The notes beneath the pieces are model-generated. The model did not search any database and was not told the DNA's origin. It was given only the letters and a program-made list of their open reading frames with translations. A program made the position numbers and the translations under genes. This document shows positions 16,814-29,101 of a stretch of DNA of 55,395 bases, in pieces. Each line of letters starts with the position of its first letter. Within the stretch, counting starts at the first letter, position 1. This DNA is from Clostridiales bacterium (GTDB taxonomy: Bacteria > Bacillota > Clostridia > Lachnospirales > Lachnospiraceae): the NCBI GenBank assembly GCA_020859965.1, contig JAJBVF010000034.1, positions 167 to 55,561 on the forward strand, written 5' to 3'.

Positions 16814-18403
16814 ATGGGCAGAGTTTTTAATGTAACCGGAGCCTGTAGCCCGGCCAGGCATTATATGGTAGATTTTGAACCAAGACTGGTACAGATAAAA
16901 AGTATGATTGCCGCTGGCGATTATTTTTCTATTAATCGGGCGAGACAGTATGGAAAAACGACGACATTGCGTGCTCTGGCCGAGTATTTGAAGGATGAGT
17001 ATGTAGTGATCAGCCTTGATTTTCAAAAAATGACAACGAAAGATTTTTCAAGCGAATCTAATTTTGTGAGGGGATTGGCCCGTGAAATAAATAAAGTTCT
17101 GAAGCGATTAAGCGCAGTACCGGATGAACCGGCCGATAGGCTGAGACAGATGAGCCTGGACAGGGAAGACACCTTTGGCTTGACAGAGATTTTTGACTGC
17201 TTCAGTGATTGGTGCGGACTGTCCGACAAACCGATCGTTCTTTTGATAGATGAGGTGGATACAGCGTCAAATAATCAGGTGTTTCTGGATTTTCTGGCAT
17301 TGCTGAGAGCTTACTATCTGGACAGAGACGTAACGCCGACTTTTCAATCAGTGATACTGGCGGGACTTTATGATGTTCGCAATGTCAAAAGAAAAATACG
17401 CCCTGATGAAGAACACAAACAGAATAGTCCATGGAACATAGCTGCTGATTTCAATATAGAAATGGGCTTCTCTTCGGCGGAGATTGCTGGAATGCTTGGT
17501 GAATACGAAGCGGATTATCATACGGGCATGAATATTGGGAAAATGGCAGATTCGATTTATGCTTATACTTCGGGGTATCCCTATCTGGTTTCCCGTCTTT
17601 GCAAGTTTATGGATGAAAAGATCGCGGGCTCTGAGAACTATCCGGATAAAAGCAGTGCATGGACGAATGGGGGATTTCAGGAAGCGGTAAAGCTGATTCT
17701 CAACGAAACAAACACGCTATATCAGTCCCTGATTGGAAAGGTAAGAGAGTATCCGGCACTGAAATCGGTTCTGTATGATTTGCTTTTTACCGGAAAACAG
17801 TCACAGTATAATGGTCTGAATGAATTTATAGAAATCGCGGCCATGTTTGGGTTTGTAAAAAATTCGGACGGATTTGTGGAAATTTCAAACCGGATTTTTG
17901 AAACGGTATTGTATAACTGGTTTATCTCTGAGGAAAGTATTAATAATCAATTTTACAAGATCGGTGCTCAGGAGAAGAATAAGTTTATCACGGGCGGACA
18001 TCTGAATGTACGGCTGGTACTGGAACGGTTTGTCATGAGCTTTCATGATCTTTATGCAGAGCAGGATGATGAGTTTCTGGAAGATGTTGGACGACGATAT
18101 TTTCTGCTGTATCTGAAGCCGATCATAAATGGGACAGGAAATTATTATGTGGAAGCCAGGACCAGAAATCAGAAACGTACAGACTTGATTATCGATTATC
18201 GGGGAGAGCAATTTGTAATCGAGCTTAAAATCTGGCATGGAAATGCCTACAATCAGCGTGGAGAGAGCCAGCTTATGGAATATCTGGATTATTTTCATTT
18301 GAAAAAAGGGTATATGCTCAGTTTTAATTTTAATCAGAAAAAACAGATTGGTATAAAAGATATTTCTCTGGGCGAAAAAGTGTTGGTTGAGGCGGTTGTC
18401 TGA
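16814..18403 (+). CDS. AAA-like ATPase with C-terminal PD-(D/E)xK nuclease-like domain
   Basis: Walker A RARQYGKTT, Walker B LLIDEVD, YTSGYPYLV, C-terminal E...RTDLII...FVIELK; visibly more AT-rich than its neighbours. Confidence 0.8.
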   Translation: MGRVFNVTGACSPARHYMVDFEPRLVQIKSMIAAGDYFSINRARQYGKTTTLRALAEYLKDEYVVISLDFQKMTTKDFSSESNFVRGLAREINKVLKRLSAVPDEPADRLRQMSLDREDTFGLTEIFDCFSDWCGLSDKPIVLLIDEVDTASNNQVFLDFLALLRAYYLDRDVTPTFQSVILAGLYDVRNVKRKIRPDEEHKQNSPWNIAADFNIEMGFSSAEIAGMLGEYEADYHTGMNIGKMADSIYAYTSGYPYLVSRLCKFMDEKIAGSENYPDKSSAWTNGGFQEAVKLILNETNTLYQSLIGKVREYPALKSVLYDLLFTGKQSQYNGLNEFIEIAAMFGFVKNSDGFVEISNRIFETVLYNWFISEESINNQFYKIGAQEKNKFITGGHLNVRLVLERFVMSFHDLYAEQDDEFLEDVGRRYFLLYLKPIINGTGNYYVEARTRNQKRTDLIIDYRGEQFVIELKIWHGNAYNQRGESQLMEYLDYFHLKKGYMLSFNFNQKKQIGIKDISLGEKVLVEAVV

Positions 18404-18430
18404 ATGTAAGGGAAATACGGAGTAAAACGA

Positions 18431-18820
18431 ATGGATTCGATAAAATACAGATATCGGAAAAGCGTGTGCGGAGTTACGATCCTCTGTGAGGTGATTCCGA
18501 TGGGAAAAGATTTTACAATCTGCGTATGGGATGACAGGGGCGGCCATGTCGGGAGCGCAGTCATGTCAGTTGCCCGTCCGAGCCTTACCGGACATGGCAC
18601 CAGCACGACGACCTCTGTGCTGAATCGTCCGGGTCACAAGGATGAGGAGGTGGCCCGACATCTGGCGGAGACGGTGGCGGCGTGCATGGACTGCGCGGTG
18701 GTCTGCACCTGCGGCATTCATCTGGACGGCATCACACCGGAGCAGATCCGGGATATTCTAAAGGCGTGCAGGGAACTGGAGGAAGAGATTGTGGAGGATT
18801 TGCAAAAAGACCACATGTGA
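18431..18820 (+). CDS. LpdD-like (prenylated-flavin chaperone / PAC4-like fold) small protein
   Basis: GHVG, GHKDEEVA and GIHLDGITPEQI resemble the HIG / HKD / GIH-x-x-x-IT-x-x-QI pattern I recall for Lactiplantibacillus LpdD. Confidence 0.65.
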   Translation: MDSIKYRYRKSVCGVTILCEVIPMGKDFTICVWDDRGGHVGSAVMSVARPSLTGHGTSTTTSVLNRPGHKDEEVARHLAETVAACMDCAVVCTCGIHLDGITPEQIRDILKACRELEEEIVEDLQKDHM

Positions 18821-19041
18821 GGAAACAAAGGCTGGCTCAGGTAACATTACGCAGGAACCGGGAACGGCACTTTTTGCCAGCTAAAAGGGCAGGAGTGATT
18901 TTTGACAGGATACATGACGATTTATGCGGGGCAGCAAAAATTCAGAAAAGGATTTTGCTGCTCTTTTAAATTCCCGGACAGGATCACACCTTCGCAAAAA
19001 TATACGGCACAATGTTAATTTTTTATTTATTCAGAATATGC

Positions 19042-19070
19042 TTGCGAACAGCACCAAAAATTGGTAGAAT
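19042..19070 (+). promoter_or_regulatory. Putative sigma70 promoter of the atp operon
   Basis: TTGCGA, 17 nt, TAGAAT with extended -10 TG. Confidence 0.7.
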
Positions 19071-19155
19071 AAAAAAGATTTCGGGTTCGTGTATGCGCAG
19101 GCAATAAAATGACTTTTCGGTTATATCCAAAAAGGATGGACGCAGGGCGGATGAT

Positions 19156-19422
19156 ATGAAAAAATACAATGATTTCTTAAAAAATATTACGCTTCTCGGA
19201 CAGTTTAGCTTTTCTCTGATCACGCCTTTGTTGCTTTGCCTGGGGGTCAGCTGGTGGCTGACGGCACGAGTGGGGCTGGGAGCGTGGATTTATATACCAG
19301 GGTTCTTTTTTGGCCTGGGCGGCAGCGGGACTTTTGCGTACAAGTTTTACCTGTCTGTGATAAAAAAGGATGAAACGGACAAAACTGGTAAAGGGAAAGT
19401 GTCATTTAATAAACACTCGTGA
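19156..19422 (+). CDS. AtpZ/AtpI-family small membrane protein (first gene of atp operon)
   Basis: Two TM segments, LLGQFSFSLITP pattern, position at the head of the operon. Confidence 0.75.
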   Translation: MKKYNDFLKNITLLGQFSFSLITPLLLCLGVSWWLTARVGLGAWIYIPGFFFGLGGSGTFAYKFYLSVIKKDETDKTGKGKVSFNKHS

Positions 19423-19446
19423 AGATTTTACAGGAGGCGGACAGAT

Positions 19447-19866
19447 ATGGGCAAATTCATCGGCGAGGTTCAGCCGGCTGTAAAAAAAGAAACGCGCCGT
19501 GTGGCGATTATGACAGCCGCCGGGATTGTGATCATGTGGATATCATTTGCGGTACTTCATGCAGCAATGCCGGATTCCGTTCCGTTTGACTATACGGTGA
19601 TTTTAGGCGGATTGGCGGGCGGACTGATTGCCGTCCTTAATTTCTTTCTGATGGGTCTGATGGTTCAGAGCGCGGCTTCGGCCGCCGATGAGGATGCGGC
19701 CAGGACGAAAGTCCGCGCAAGCTACTCGCAGAGGCTGCTTCTGCAGATGCTTTGGGTGATTGCGGCGATTGTCGCCCCCTGCTTTCAGTTTGTGGCAGGG
19801 ATCGTACCTCTGTTTCTCCCCAGTTTTGGTATTAAGCTGACTGGGATTTTCAAAAAATCACAGTGA
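19447..19866 (+). CDS. atpI: ATP synthase subunit I
   Basis: 4 TM segments, AVLNFFLM, immediately upstream of atpB; AGGAGG RBS. Confidence 0.75.
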   Translation: MGKFIGEVQPAVKKETRRVAIMTAAGIVIMWISFAVLHAAMPDSVPFDYTVILGGLAGGLIAVLNFFLMGLMVQSAASAADEDAARTKVRASYSQRLLLQMLWVIAAIVAPCFQFVAGIVPLFLPSFGIKLTGIFKKSQ

Positions 19867-19996
19867 ACGCGGCTGAGTCACGGATTTTCATATCTTATAT
19901 GTAAAGGAACAGCCGGGATTGCTTCATCGGAGATTTTAGATGAAACTGTTCGGAGCTGTCGAATGAATTTCAGCCGGTAAGGAGGTGGAGAGCGTT

Positions 19997-20755
19997 ATGG
20001 AAGTTGATATTTCAGGAGCCAGAGTCTTTTTTACCATCCACACGAATATTCCCGTTCTGGGAGATCTGCAGATCAGTGAGACGCTTGTGGTGAGCTGGCT
20101 GGTCATGATCCTGATCACGGGATTATGTATCTGGCTGACCCATGACCTGAAGGTGGAGAATATTTCGAAACGACAGGCGGTTGCGGAGATGCTCGTGGAG
20201 ACGGCGAACAAATTCGTGATTGGCAATATGGGTGAGGCCTTCCGCTACCTGATCCCATTTGTGGCAGCACTGTTTTCGACCAGTCTGGTATCCAATCTGA
20301 TCAGCCTGGTAGGGCTTCGGAGCCCGACAGCCGATCTTTCTACGGAAGCTGCCTGGGCGGTGGTCGTATTTGTTATGATCACCTGGCAGAAGATCAAGAC
20401 GGGCGGCATAGGCGGGTATTTCAAAGGATTTACGCAGCCGATTGCGATACTGACTCCTTTCAATATCCTGTCGGAGATCGCGACTCCGATCAGTATGGCC
20501 TGCCGTCATTTCGGCAATATTCTGTCGGGCATCGTGATCAATTCGCTGATTTACGCGGCCCTGGCGGTGGCGAGCAGCGCACTGCTCGGACTGATTCCGG
20601 GTCTGGTGGGCGATATACTGGCTCAGATCCCGATACTGGATGTCGGAATACCGGCCATTCTTTCTGTTTACTTTGACTGGTTTACCGGCGTCATGCAGGC
20701 TTATATTTTCTGCATGTTGACAACCCTTTACATCGCGAATGCGGCGGAGGGCTAA
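19997..20755 (+). CDS. atpB: ATP synthase Fo subunit a
   Basis: SPTADL, PISMACRHFGNI (stator Arg) and QAYIFCMLT motifs. Confidence 0.95.
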   Translation: MEVDISGARVFFTIHTNIPVLGDLQISETLVVSWLVMILITGLCIWLTHDLKVENISKRQAVAEMLVETANKFVIGNMGEAFRYLIPFVAALFSTSLVSNLISLVGLRSPTADLSTEAAWAVVVFVMITWQKIKTGGIGGYFKGFTQPIAILTPFNILSEIATPISMACRHFGNILSGIVINSLIYAALAVASSALLGLIPGLVGDILAQIPILDVGIPAILSVYFDWFTGVMQAYIFCMLTTLYIANAAEG

Positions 20756-20944
20756 CGGGGGCGGCAGCCAATGGGCAGTGAGCAATGGTTAGCGGTCATT
20801 CCCGGATGGCTGGCAGACGGAAGATCGGAAGCAGCAGCTGGCGTGGCTGACAGTGAATCAAAAAAGGTAATAATAACTAAGAAGTATAAACTTAAAACAA
20901 AAAACCAAACAAAAAATGACTTTTGACAGTTGTCTGAGCGTTAA

Positions 20945-21268
<324 letters not shown>

Positions 21269-21308
21269 AAATCGTAAATAAAGCCAGTGAGAACAGGAGG
21301 TATCTGAC

Positions 21309-21812
21309 ATGGAAGTACAGAATTTAGTCAGCCTCATACCGTGGACTTTCGTAGCGCAGATTTGCAACCTTTTTATCCAGATGTATCTGATCAAACGTTT
21401 TCTGTTTAAGCCGATCAACGCGATCCTTGAGAAGCGCAAAGCGGCTGCGGACGCCGAAATCCAGGAAGCCACAAAGGCAAAGGAAGAGGCGCTGGCCATG
21501 AAGGCGGATTACGAACAGAACATGCTGGAAGCGAAGACAAAGGCGAATGACATCCTGACCACCGCGCAGAAGACCGCGACCGTGCAGAGTGAAGAAATTC
21601 TCCGTGAGGCTTCGCAGCAGGCTGCTTCGATTAAGGCGAAAGCGGAAAGTGATATCGCCCAGGAGAAGCGGAAAGCGGTCAATGAGATCAAGGATGAGAT
21701 CGGAAGCATGGCTGTGGAGATCGCCGGCAAGGTGATTGAGCGTGAGATCAGTGAGGATGACCACGCGAAGCTGATTGATGAATTTATAGCGAATGTAGGT
21801 GAGAGCGCATGA
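21309..21812 (+). CDS. atpF: ATP synthase Fo subunit b
   Basis: N-terminal TM, FLFKPINAILEKR, Ala/Glu/Lys-rich coiled coil. Confidence 0.95.
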   Translation: MEVQNLVSLIPWTFVAQICNLFIQMYLIKRFLFKPINAILEKRKAAADAEIQEATKAKEEALAMKADYEQNMLEAKTKANDILTTAQKTATVQSEEILREASQQAASIKAKAESDIAQEKRKAVNEIKDEIGSMAVEIAGKVIEREISEDDHAKLIDEFIANVGESA

Positions 21813-22348
21813 CACAGACTGCCAGAGTATATGGCGGCAGCCTGTATGAGCTTGCCGCCGAGGAGACGCTTACCGATACGATCCGTGAGCAGATGATGGC
21901 GGTGCTGGATCTGTTCCGGGAGAATCCGGATTATCTGGCGCTGCTCTGCGAGCCTTCGGTTGCGAAGGATGAGCGTATTGGTCTGATTGAGACTGCGTTT
22001 GGAGAGCAGGCCGAGCGGTATCTGGTAAGCTTTTTGAAGCTGCTGTGTGAAAAAGGGATCCTGCGGGAATACGCAGGGTGCTGTGAGGAGTTTGCACGGC
22101 GGTACAATGTGGACCATAACATTGCCGAGGCTGTGGTTACCAGCGCGGTGGCGCTCACCGACACACAGGCGGCGGCTTTGAAGGAAAAGCTGGAAAAGCA
22201 GAGTGGAAAGACGATTGTGCTGACACAGAAGATCGACCCGTCTGTCGTAGCGGGGCTGCGGGTCGAGATCGAGGGGAAACAGCTCGACGGTACCGTCCAG
22301 GGCCGCGTCCATGGCATTTCCAGAAGGTTAGCTGATGTTGTGATGTGA
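21809..22348 (+). CDS. atpH: ATP synthase F1 subunit delta
   Basis: ARVYGGSL, VTSAVAL and IDPSVVAG...DGTV motifs; ATGA overlap with atpF. Confidence 0.95.
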   Translation: MTQTARVYGGSLYELAAEETLTDTIREQMMAVLDLFRENPDYLALLCEPSVAKDERIGLIETAFGEQAERYLVSFLKLLCEKGILREYAGCCEEFARRYNVDHNIAEAVVTSAVALTDTQAAALKEKLEKQSGKTIVLTQKIDPSVVAGLRVEIEGKQLDGTVQGRVHGISRRLADVVM

Positions 22349-22561
22349 TCATACAGAAGTTCAAAGCTCAGGAGGGAACGTCTGCGTTCCAGTTCGGGAT
22401 ATTTGAGCCCGTGTATTAAAAGTAAAATATAATACATGTATGATCAGTGAAGTCTACGGATGCACACGGACGCATGAGGAATGGCTGCTTCGCAGCCTTG
22501 CGTCCGGCGCAAAGTAAAACGACTTACGTCGTTTACTATAATAATAAGGATGGATAAGACC

Positions 22562-24091
22562 ATGCAATTAAAACCTGAAGAAATTACAAAGGTCATCCGC
22601 AGCCAGATCAAATATTACGAGAACGCGATCCATCAGGACGAGACAGGCACCGTTTTGCTGGTGGGCGACGGGATTGCCCGGGCCAGCGGTCTCGCAAAAT
22701 GTATGGCCGGAGAATTGCTGGAGTTTGAGGACGGCAGCTTCGGCATGGCGCAGAACCTCGAGGAGAACAGTGTCTCGATTGTTCTGTTTGGTTCCGGCGA
22801 GAAGATCCAGGAGGGACAGACCGTAAAACGTACCGGCAAGGTGGTATCTGTGCCGGTAGGAGAGGCGATGATCGGACGGGTCGTCAACGCACTTGGGCAG
22901 CCGATCGATGGCGCAGGCCCGATCACGGCCAAAGAGTACCGCGCGATTGAAAATCAGGCTCCCGGCATCTGTGACCGTCAGCCGGTATCAGAGCCGCTGC
23001 AGACCGGTATCAAGGCGATTGACTCCATGATTCCGATCGGGCGCGGTCAGCGTGAGCTGATCATCGGCGACCGTCAGACCGGTAAGACGACGATCGCGAC
23101 GGATACGATTATCAACCAGAAGGGGAAAGATGTCATCTGTATTTATGTGGCAATTGGCCAGAAGCGTTCGACCGTAGCCTCATTGGCGGAGAATCTTTCC
23201 AGAAACGGAGCGATGGATTACACCATTATTGTGGCGGCGACCGCATCTGAGGCCAGCCCGCTGCAGTACATTGCACCCTATTCGGGATGTGCGATGGGTG
23301 AATATTTTATGCAGCAGGGGAAACACGTGCTGATCATTTATGATGACTTGAGCAAGCATGCGGTGGCATACCGTGCACTCTCTCTGCTGATCCGCAGACC
23401 GCCCGGCCGTGAGGCATATCCTGGCGACGTGTTCTATCTGCATTCCAGACTGCTGGAGCGTGCGGCAAAGATGGACGACGCCCATGGCGGCGGTTCTCTG
23501 ACTGCGCTGCCGATTATTGAGACGCAGGCGGGCGATGTTTCCGCTTACATTCCGACAAATGTGATTTCCATCACTGACGGGCAGATTTTCCTGGAGACAG
23601 AGCTGTTCCATTCCGGCGTTATGCCGGCGGTGAACCCGGGTATTTCGGTCTCCCGAGTCGGCGGCAATGCGCAGATCAAGGCCATGAAAAAGGTAGCCGG
23701 TACGCTGAAGCTGATTTATTCTCAGTACCGTGAGCTGCAGAGCTTTGCGCAGTTCGGCTCCGACCTGGACGCAGATACCAAGTCCCGTCTGGATCAGGGC
23801 GCGCGTATTGTGGAGATCCTCAAACAAAACCAGAATTCTCCGATTCCTGTAGAAAAGCAGGTGGCGATCATTTACGCAGTGACAAAAGGATACCTGACGA
23901 AGGTCGAGACCGGAGATGTCCGCGCATATGAGGCCGGTCTGTATCCGTTCCTGGATGGAAACGCGCAGGGAGCTGCAGCCATGCAGGCGATTCGTGAGAC
24001 GGGCAAGATGGAGCCGGATATGGAAGAAAACCTGAAGCAGGCACTGCAGGATTATACGGATCAGTTCCTTGCCACAAAACCAGGGAAATAA
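22562..24091 (+). CDS. atpA: ATP synthase F1 subunit alpha
   Basis: [29 protein letters not shown]; start at MQLKPEEI. Confidence 0.98.
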   Translation: MQLKPEEITKVIRSQIKYYENAIHQDETGTVLLVGDGIARASGLAKCMAGELLEFEDGSFGMAQNLEENSVSIVLFGSGEKIQEGQTVKRTGKVVSVPVGEAMIGRVVNALGQPIDGAGPITAKEYRAIENQAPGICDRQPVSEPLQTGIKAIDSMIPIGRGQRELIIGDRQTGKTTIATDTIINQKGKDVICIYVAIGQKRSTVASLAENLSRNGAMDYTIIVAATASEASPLQYIAPYSGCAMGEYFMQQGKHVLIIYDDLSKHAVAYRALSLLIRRPPGREAYPGDVFYLHSRLLERAAKMDDAHGGGSLTALPIIETQAGDVSAYIPTNVISITDGQIFLETELFHSGVMPAVNPGISVSRVGGNAQIKAMKKVAGTLKLIYSQYRELQSFAQFGSDLDADTKSRLDQGARIVEILKQNQNSPIPVEKQVAIIYAVTKGYLTKVETGDVRAYEAGLYPFLDGNAQGAAAMQAIRETGKMEPDMEENLKQALQDYTDQFLATKPGK

Positions 24092-24113
24092 CAGATAGAG
24101 AGGGAGGAAAAGA

Positions 24114-25064
24114 ATGGCTGCAAACATGAAAGCGGTAAAGCTGCGGATCAAAAGTGTTGAAAGCACGATGCAGATTACCAAAGCAATGGAGCTTGTGGCA
24201 TCCTCCAAGCTGCGCAGGGCAAAGGAACGTTCCGATCAGTGCCGTCCTTATTTTCGGGAGCTTCATCAGACGCTCGTCGATATTGCGGAGGGAAATACGG
24301 ATTTTTCTTCCGTGTACGCGAAGCCTTCTGCCAATGAGAGGTGCTGTTATGTCGTGATTGCGGGAGACAGAGGACTTGCGGGCGGATACAATTCCAATAT
24401 TTTTAAGAAGCTGGAAGCAGCTGCACAGTCGGCAGACAGTACAGAGACGACCGCTCCTGAGAGCAATTATGTGGTGCTTCCGATCGGAAAAAAGGCGGTA
24501 GAATATTTTCAGCGCAGGCACGTGGAAATTCTGACAGAGGATTTCGTGACAGTTGCAGATATTTCCGTGGCGGACTGTTTTGAGATTGCCCGGCTTTTGT
24601 GCCGGCAGTACCGGGAAGGCCGGTTCGGACATATAGAGCTTTGCTATACGGAGTTTGTGTCCATGCTGTCGCAGCGTCCTGAGATTTATCCGATGCTCCC
24701 GCTTACGGATCTGGAAAGACCGATGGAAACCGGCGCGGACGCAGAGCCAAAGGATGGAGCCAGCCAGGGGATGGATTCTGTCGGAGAGCGAAAGAAATCT
24801 GTCCGTGATTTGATTTTATATGAGCCGGACAGCTCAGAGGTTTTTGACGCGATTGTTCCGGAGTATCTGGGCGGATTTATCTACGGAGGAGTCTGTGATG
24901 CGCTCGCCAGTGAGCTGGCGGCGCGGCGGAACGCGATGGAAGCGGCGACGAGCAACGCGGAAGAAATGATCGAGAAGCTGAATCTGAGCTACAACCGTGC
25001 GCGTCAGAGCAGCATCACAACGGAGATTACCGAGATTGTCGCGGGCGCGGAGGGCGTCGGATGA
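24114..25064 (+). CDS. atpG: ATP synthase F1 subunit gamma
   Basis: QITKAMELVA, DRGLAGGYN and YNRARQSSITTEITEI motifs. Confidence 0.97.
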   Translation: MAANMKAVKLRIKSVESTMQITKAMELVASSKLRRAKERSDQCRPYFRELHQTLVDIAEGNTDFSSVYAKPSANERCCYVVIAGDRGLAGGYNSNIFKKLEAAAQSADSTETTAPESNYVVLPIGKKAVEYFQRRHVEILTEDFVTVADISVADCFEIARLLCRQYREGRFGHIELCYTEFVSMLSQRPEIYPMLPLTDLERPMETGADAEPKDGASQGMDSVGERKKSVRDLILYEPDSSEVFDAIVPEYLGGFIYGGVCDALASELAARRNAMEAATSNAEEMIEKLNLSYNRARQSSITTEITEIVAGAEGVG

Positions 25065-25215
25065 CAGCTAGAGCGTAAATCCAATTGCACAGTCTGTGCC
25101 CGTGCTTTGCTTCACGGATTTGTACAGATGTGGGATTCGCGCAATGAGAATGGCCTGGCGGTAATAGAGCGGCCTGTGTCTGTGAGCTGCTCATCGGATC
25201 GCAGACAGGCTCTAA

Positions 25216-26703
<1,488 letters not shown>

Positions 26704-26845
26704 GATACTGTATCCGGGCCGCCAATCCAGGATATTATAGCGAAGTGTGGAATATGGCCGTGTCCGTATATGACTTTTGCGGAACGCGGGAATTGTACTG
26801 GATAAACAGCGGCACAGTATGTGAAGGAAAGGAGACAGACGTCTT

Positions 26846-27247
26846 ATGAGTAGTTTTCCCTTAAGAATCGGAACGCCGGACGGCCTGCTCTTTGAGGGTA
26901 ATGCCGAGCGCATCGTGTGCAGGACGATCACCGGTGACCTGGCGATCCTCGCGGGTCACTGCAACTACTGTACGGCGATCGGCATGGGCGAAGCGCACGT
27001 CGTATTAGAGGACGGTACCACGCGGTATGCTGCCTGCATCGGCGGGATGCTCTCCGTCATGAATGGTACCTGCCGTGTCCTCGCTACCACCTGGGAGTGG
27101 AAGGAAGACATCGACAAGAACCGCGCCGAGGCCGCGAAAAAACGTGCCGAGGAGCGTCTCGCAAGGCAGGGTCTGACCGATCAGGAATATGCCAACGCTA
27201 CTGCGAAGCTGCAACGGGCGCTGGTGAGACTGAGTGTGAAGCAATAG
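26846..27247 (+). CDS. atpC: ATP synthase F1 subunit epsilon
   Basis: IGTPDG, GDLAILAGH, ID..RAEAAKKRAE..LQRALVRL. Confidence 0.95.
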   Translation: MSSFPLRIGTPDGLLFEGNAERIVCRTITGDLAILAGHCNYCTAIGMGEAHVVLEDGTTRYAACIGGMLSVMNGTCRVLATTWEWKEDIDKNRAEAAKKRAEERLARQGLTDQEYANATAKLQRALVRLSVKQ

Positions 27248-27321
27248 ATATTAGCGAATAAAAGAATAAGAGTAACTGTGAACGTATTGAACAGTTATGA
27301 ACAAGAAATGAAGAACAAAAG

Positions 27322-27362
27322 AATCGGATATGGGATATTTTAGTCCCCTATCCGATTTTTTT
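27322..27362 (+). terminator. Rho-independent terminator of the atp operon
   Basis: aatcggata...tatccgatt stem followed by a T tract. Confidence 0.8.
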
Positions 27363-27372
27363 GAAATAGCAT

Positions 27373-27401
27373 TTGCAAATTTGGTAACTCTGGAGTATAT
27401 T
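27373..27401 (+). promoter_or_regulatory. Putative sigma70 promoter of the ATPase-nuclease gene
   Basis: TTGCAA, 17 nt, TATATT. Confidence 0.6.
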
Positions 27402-27536
27402 ACTCGTAAGTATACAATTTTACAGAGAGACCGACGGGAAGATCACAGCAAGTATTACAGGAAATGACAGAATGATTCGTAACTGTTCAGTGGCTTCCCG
27501 GTTACGAGTAATCTTGCTTTGCGGAGGGATATAGAT

Positions 27537-28931
27537 ATGATCGGCAGAGAAAACGAATTAGAACAGCTGGAGCGGCTCTATGAGAGTGACCATTTTGAAT
27601 TTCTGGTAATGTATGGGAGACGCCGGGTAGGGAAAACGACGATCCTTCAGGAATTTGCCGCCAGGCATGAGGTCCTTTTTTATTCCGCGCAGGAAAAAAA
27701 TGACAGTCTGAATCTGCAGGACTTTTCCAGGGCCATTCAGAGATATTTCGACGGACAGATTCTTTCTCCTTTTCGGTCATGGGAAGACGCTTTTTCCTAC
27801 ATTTCCAGAAGGGCGTCCGGGAGAAAAACGATTCTGGTGGTTGATGAATTTCCATTTATGGCCGGGCCGAATCCTTCTATTAAAAGTATGCTCCAGCACG
27901 AGATTGATCATCACTGGAAGGATTTGAATTTGCTGCTTATTCTATGCGGCTCCAGCGTAAGCTTTATGGTAAATGAAACCATGGGATACGAAAGCCCTCT
28001 TTATGGAAGGACGACGGCTGCGCTGGAGGTTCTGCCTTTTGATTACCTGGATGCAGCCCTCTTTTTTCCGAAATACTCGCATGAGGAGCAGCTGATCGCT
28101 TATGGCATACTGGGAGGAATTCCGCGATATCTGAACGCGTTTTCGCCGGAATGTTCCATACAGGAAAATCTGGAAAGGGAGGTCGTGCGAAACGGCGCGT
28201 TTTTATATGATGAGCCGATGATGCTGCTGCGGATGGAGCTGCGCGAACCGGGAGTATACAACAGTATTCTGGAAGTAGTCGCCGGAGGGTGTAATAAGGT
28301 GACTGAGATTGCGGACGCGATTCATGAGGACAAGAGCAAGTGCAGTAAATATATTTCTACACTGCTCGCAATCCGGCTTTTAGAAAAACGGGTGCCGTGC
28401 GGAGAGCCGGAAGGGAGCAAAAAAACAATTTATGCTTTGGCGGATCCGTTTTATCGATTCTGGTATCACTATATTTTTTCAAATAAGAGTTATTATGAGT
28501 TGCTGGGAACGGCTGACGCAGCGGCTGAAATTATGGAAGAACTTCCGGATTTTATGGGATTGGCGTTTGAGGAGATCTGCAGGCAGTATCTGCTCCGTCA
28601 GGCCAGAGAAAGGAAGCTTCCTTTTGTCCCGGCTTTTATCGGGAAATGGTGGGGAAATAATCCTGCCATCAGAGCGCAGGATGATGTGGATATTCTGGCT
28701 CTGAATAAGAAAAAGACGGAGGGAATTTTCTGCGAATGCAAGTTTACCAGCCGTCCCATGCCTATGGAAGAATATGAGGATTTGCTGACGGCGGCAAAGG
28801 CGTTCCCGGAGAGCATGAAAAAACATTTTCTGTTTATCAGCAAAAGTGGGTATACGCTTCCTGTACAGGAGAGGGCAGCCAGGGAAGGAACAAGGCTGCT
28901 GACTTTGGAGAATTTATTTGCGGGCGAGTAG
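27537..28931 (+). CDS. Archaeal-ATPase-family protein (ATPase, HTH, DUF234/PD-(D/E)xK-like domain)
   Basis: MIGRENEL, YGRRRVGKT, VVDEFP, LCGSS, GGIPRYL, DPFYRFWY, FEEICRQ, GKWW, DVDI...ECKF. Confidence 0.88.
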   Translation: MIGRENELEQLERLYESDHFEFLVMYGRRRVGKTTILQEFAARHEVLFYSAQEKNDSLNLQDFSRAIQRYFDGQILSPFRSWEDAFSYISRRASGRKTILVVDEFPFMAGPNPSIKSMLQHEIDHHWKDLNLLLILCGSSVSFMVNETMGYESPLYGRTTAALEVLPFDYLDAALFFPKYSHEEQLIAYGILGGIPRYLNAFSPECSIQENLEREVVRNGAFLYDEPMMLLRMELREPGVYNSILEVVAGGCNKVTEIADAIHEDKSKCSKYISTLLAIRLLEKRVPCGEPEGSKKTIYALADPFYRFWYHYIFSNKSYYELLGTADAAAEIMEELPDFMGLAFEEICRQYLLRQARERKLPFVPAFIGKWWGNNPAIRAQDDVDILALNKKKTEGIFCECKFTSRPMPMEEYEDLLTAAKAFPESMKKHFLFISKSGYTLPVQERAAREGTRLLTLENLFAGE

Positions 28932-29037
28932 AGTATTTTGGCTGCATGTCATACCCACGCTGTGCACTCCGCTGCGGAGCGCAGAGAGAATGAGTAACGC
29001 ATATTTGGGGGCATTCGAGCGGGACTTTTTGCACGGC

Positions 29038-29066
29038 TTGCAAGAATATGGCAATTGTGTTATCTT
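29038..29066 (+). promoter_or_regulatory. Putative promoter of the ctpA-sigma-like-pyk cluster
   Basis: TTGCAA, 17 nt, TATCTT with extended -10 TG. Confidence 0.55.
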
Positions 29067-29101
29067 ATCAAAAGAAAAAGGCGTTAAAGGGGAATTGTAT
29101 T

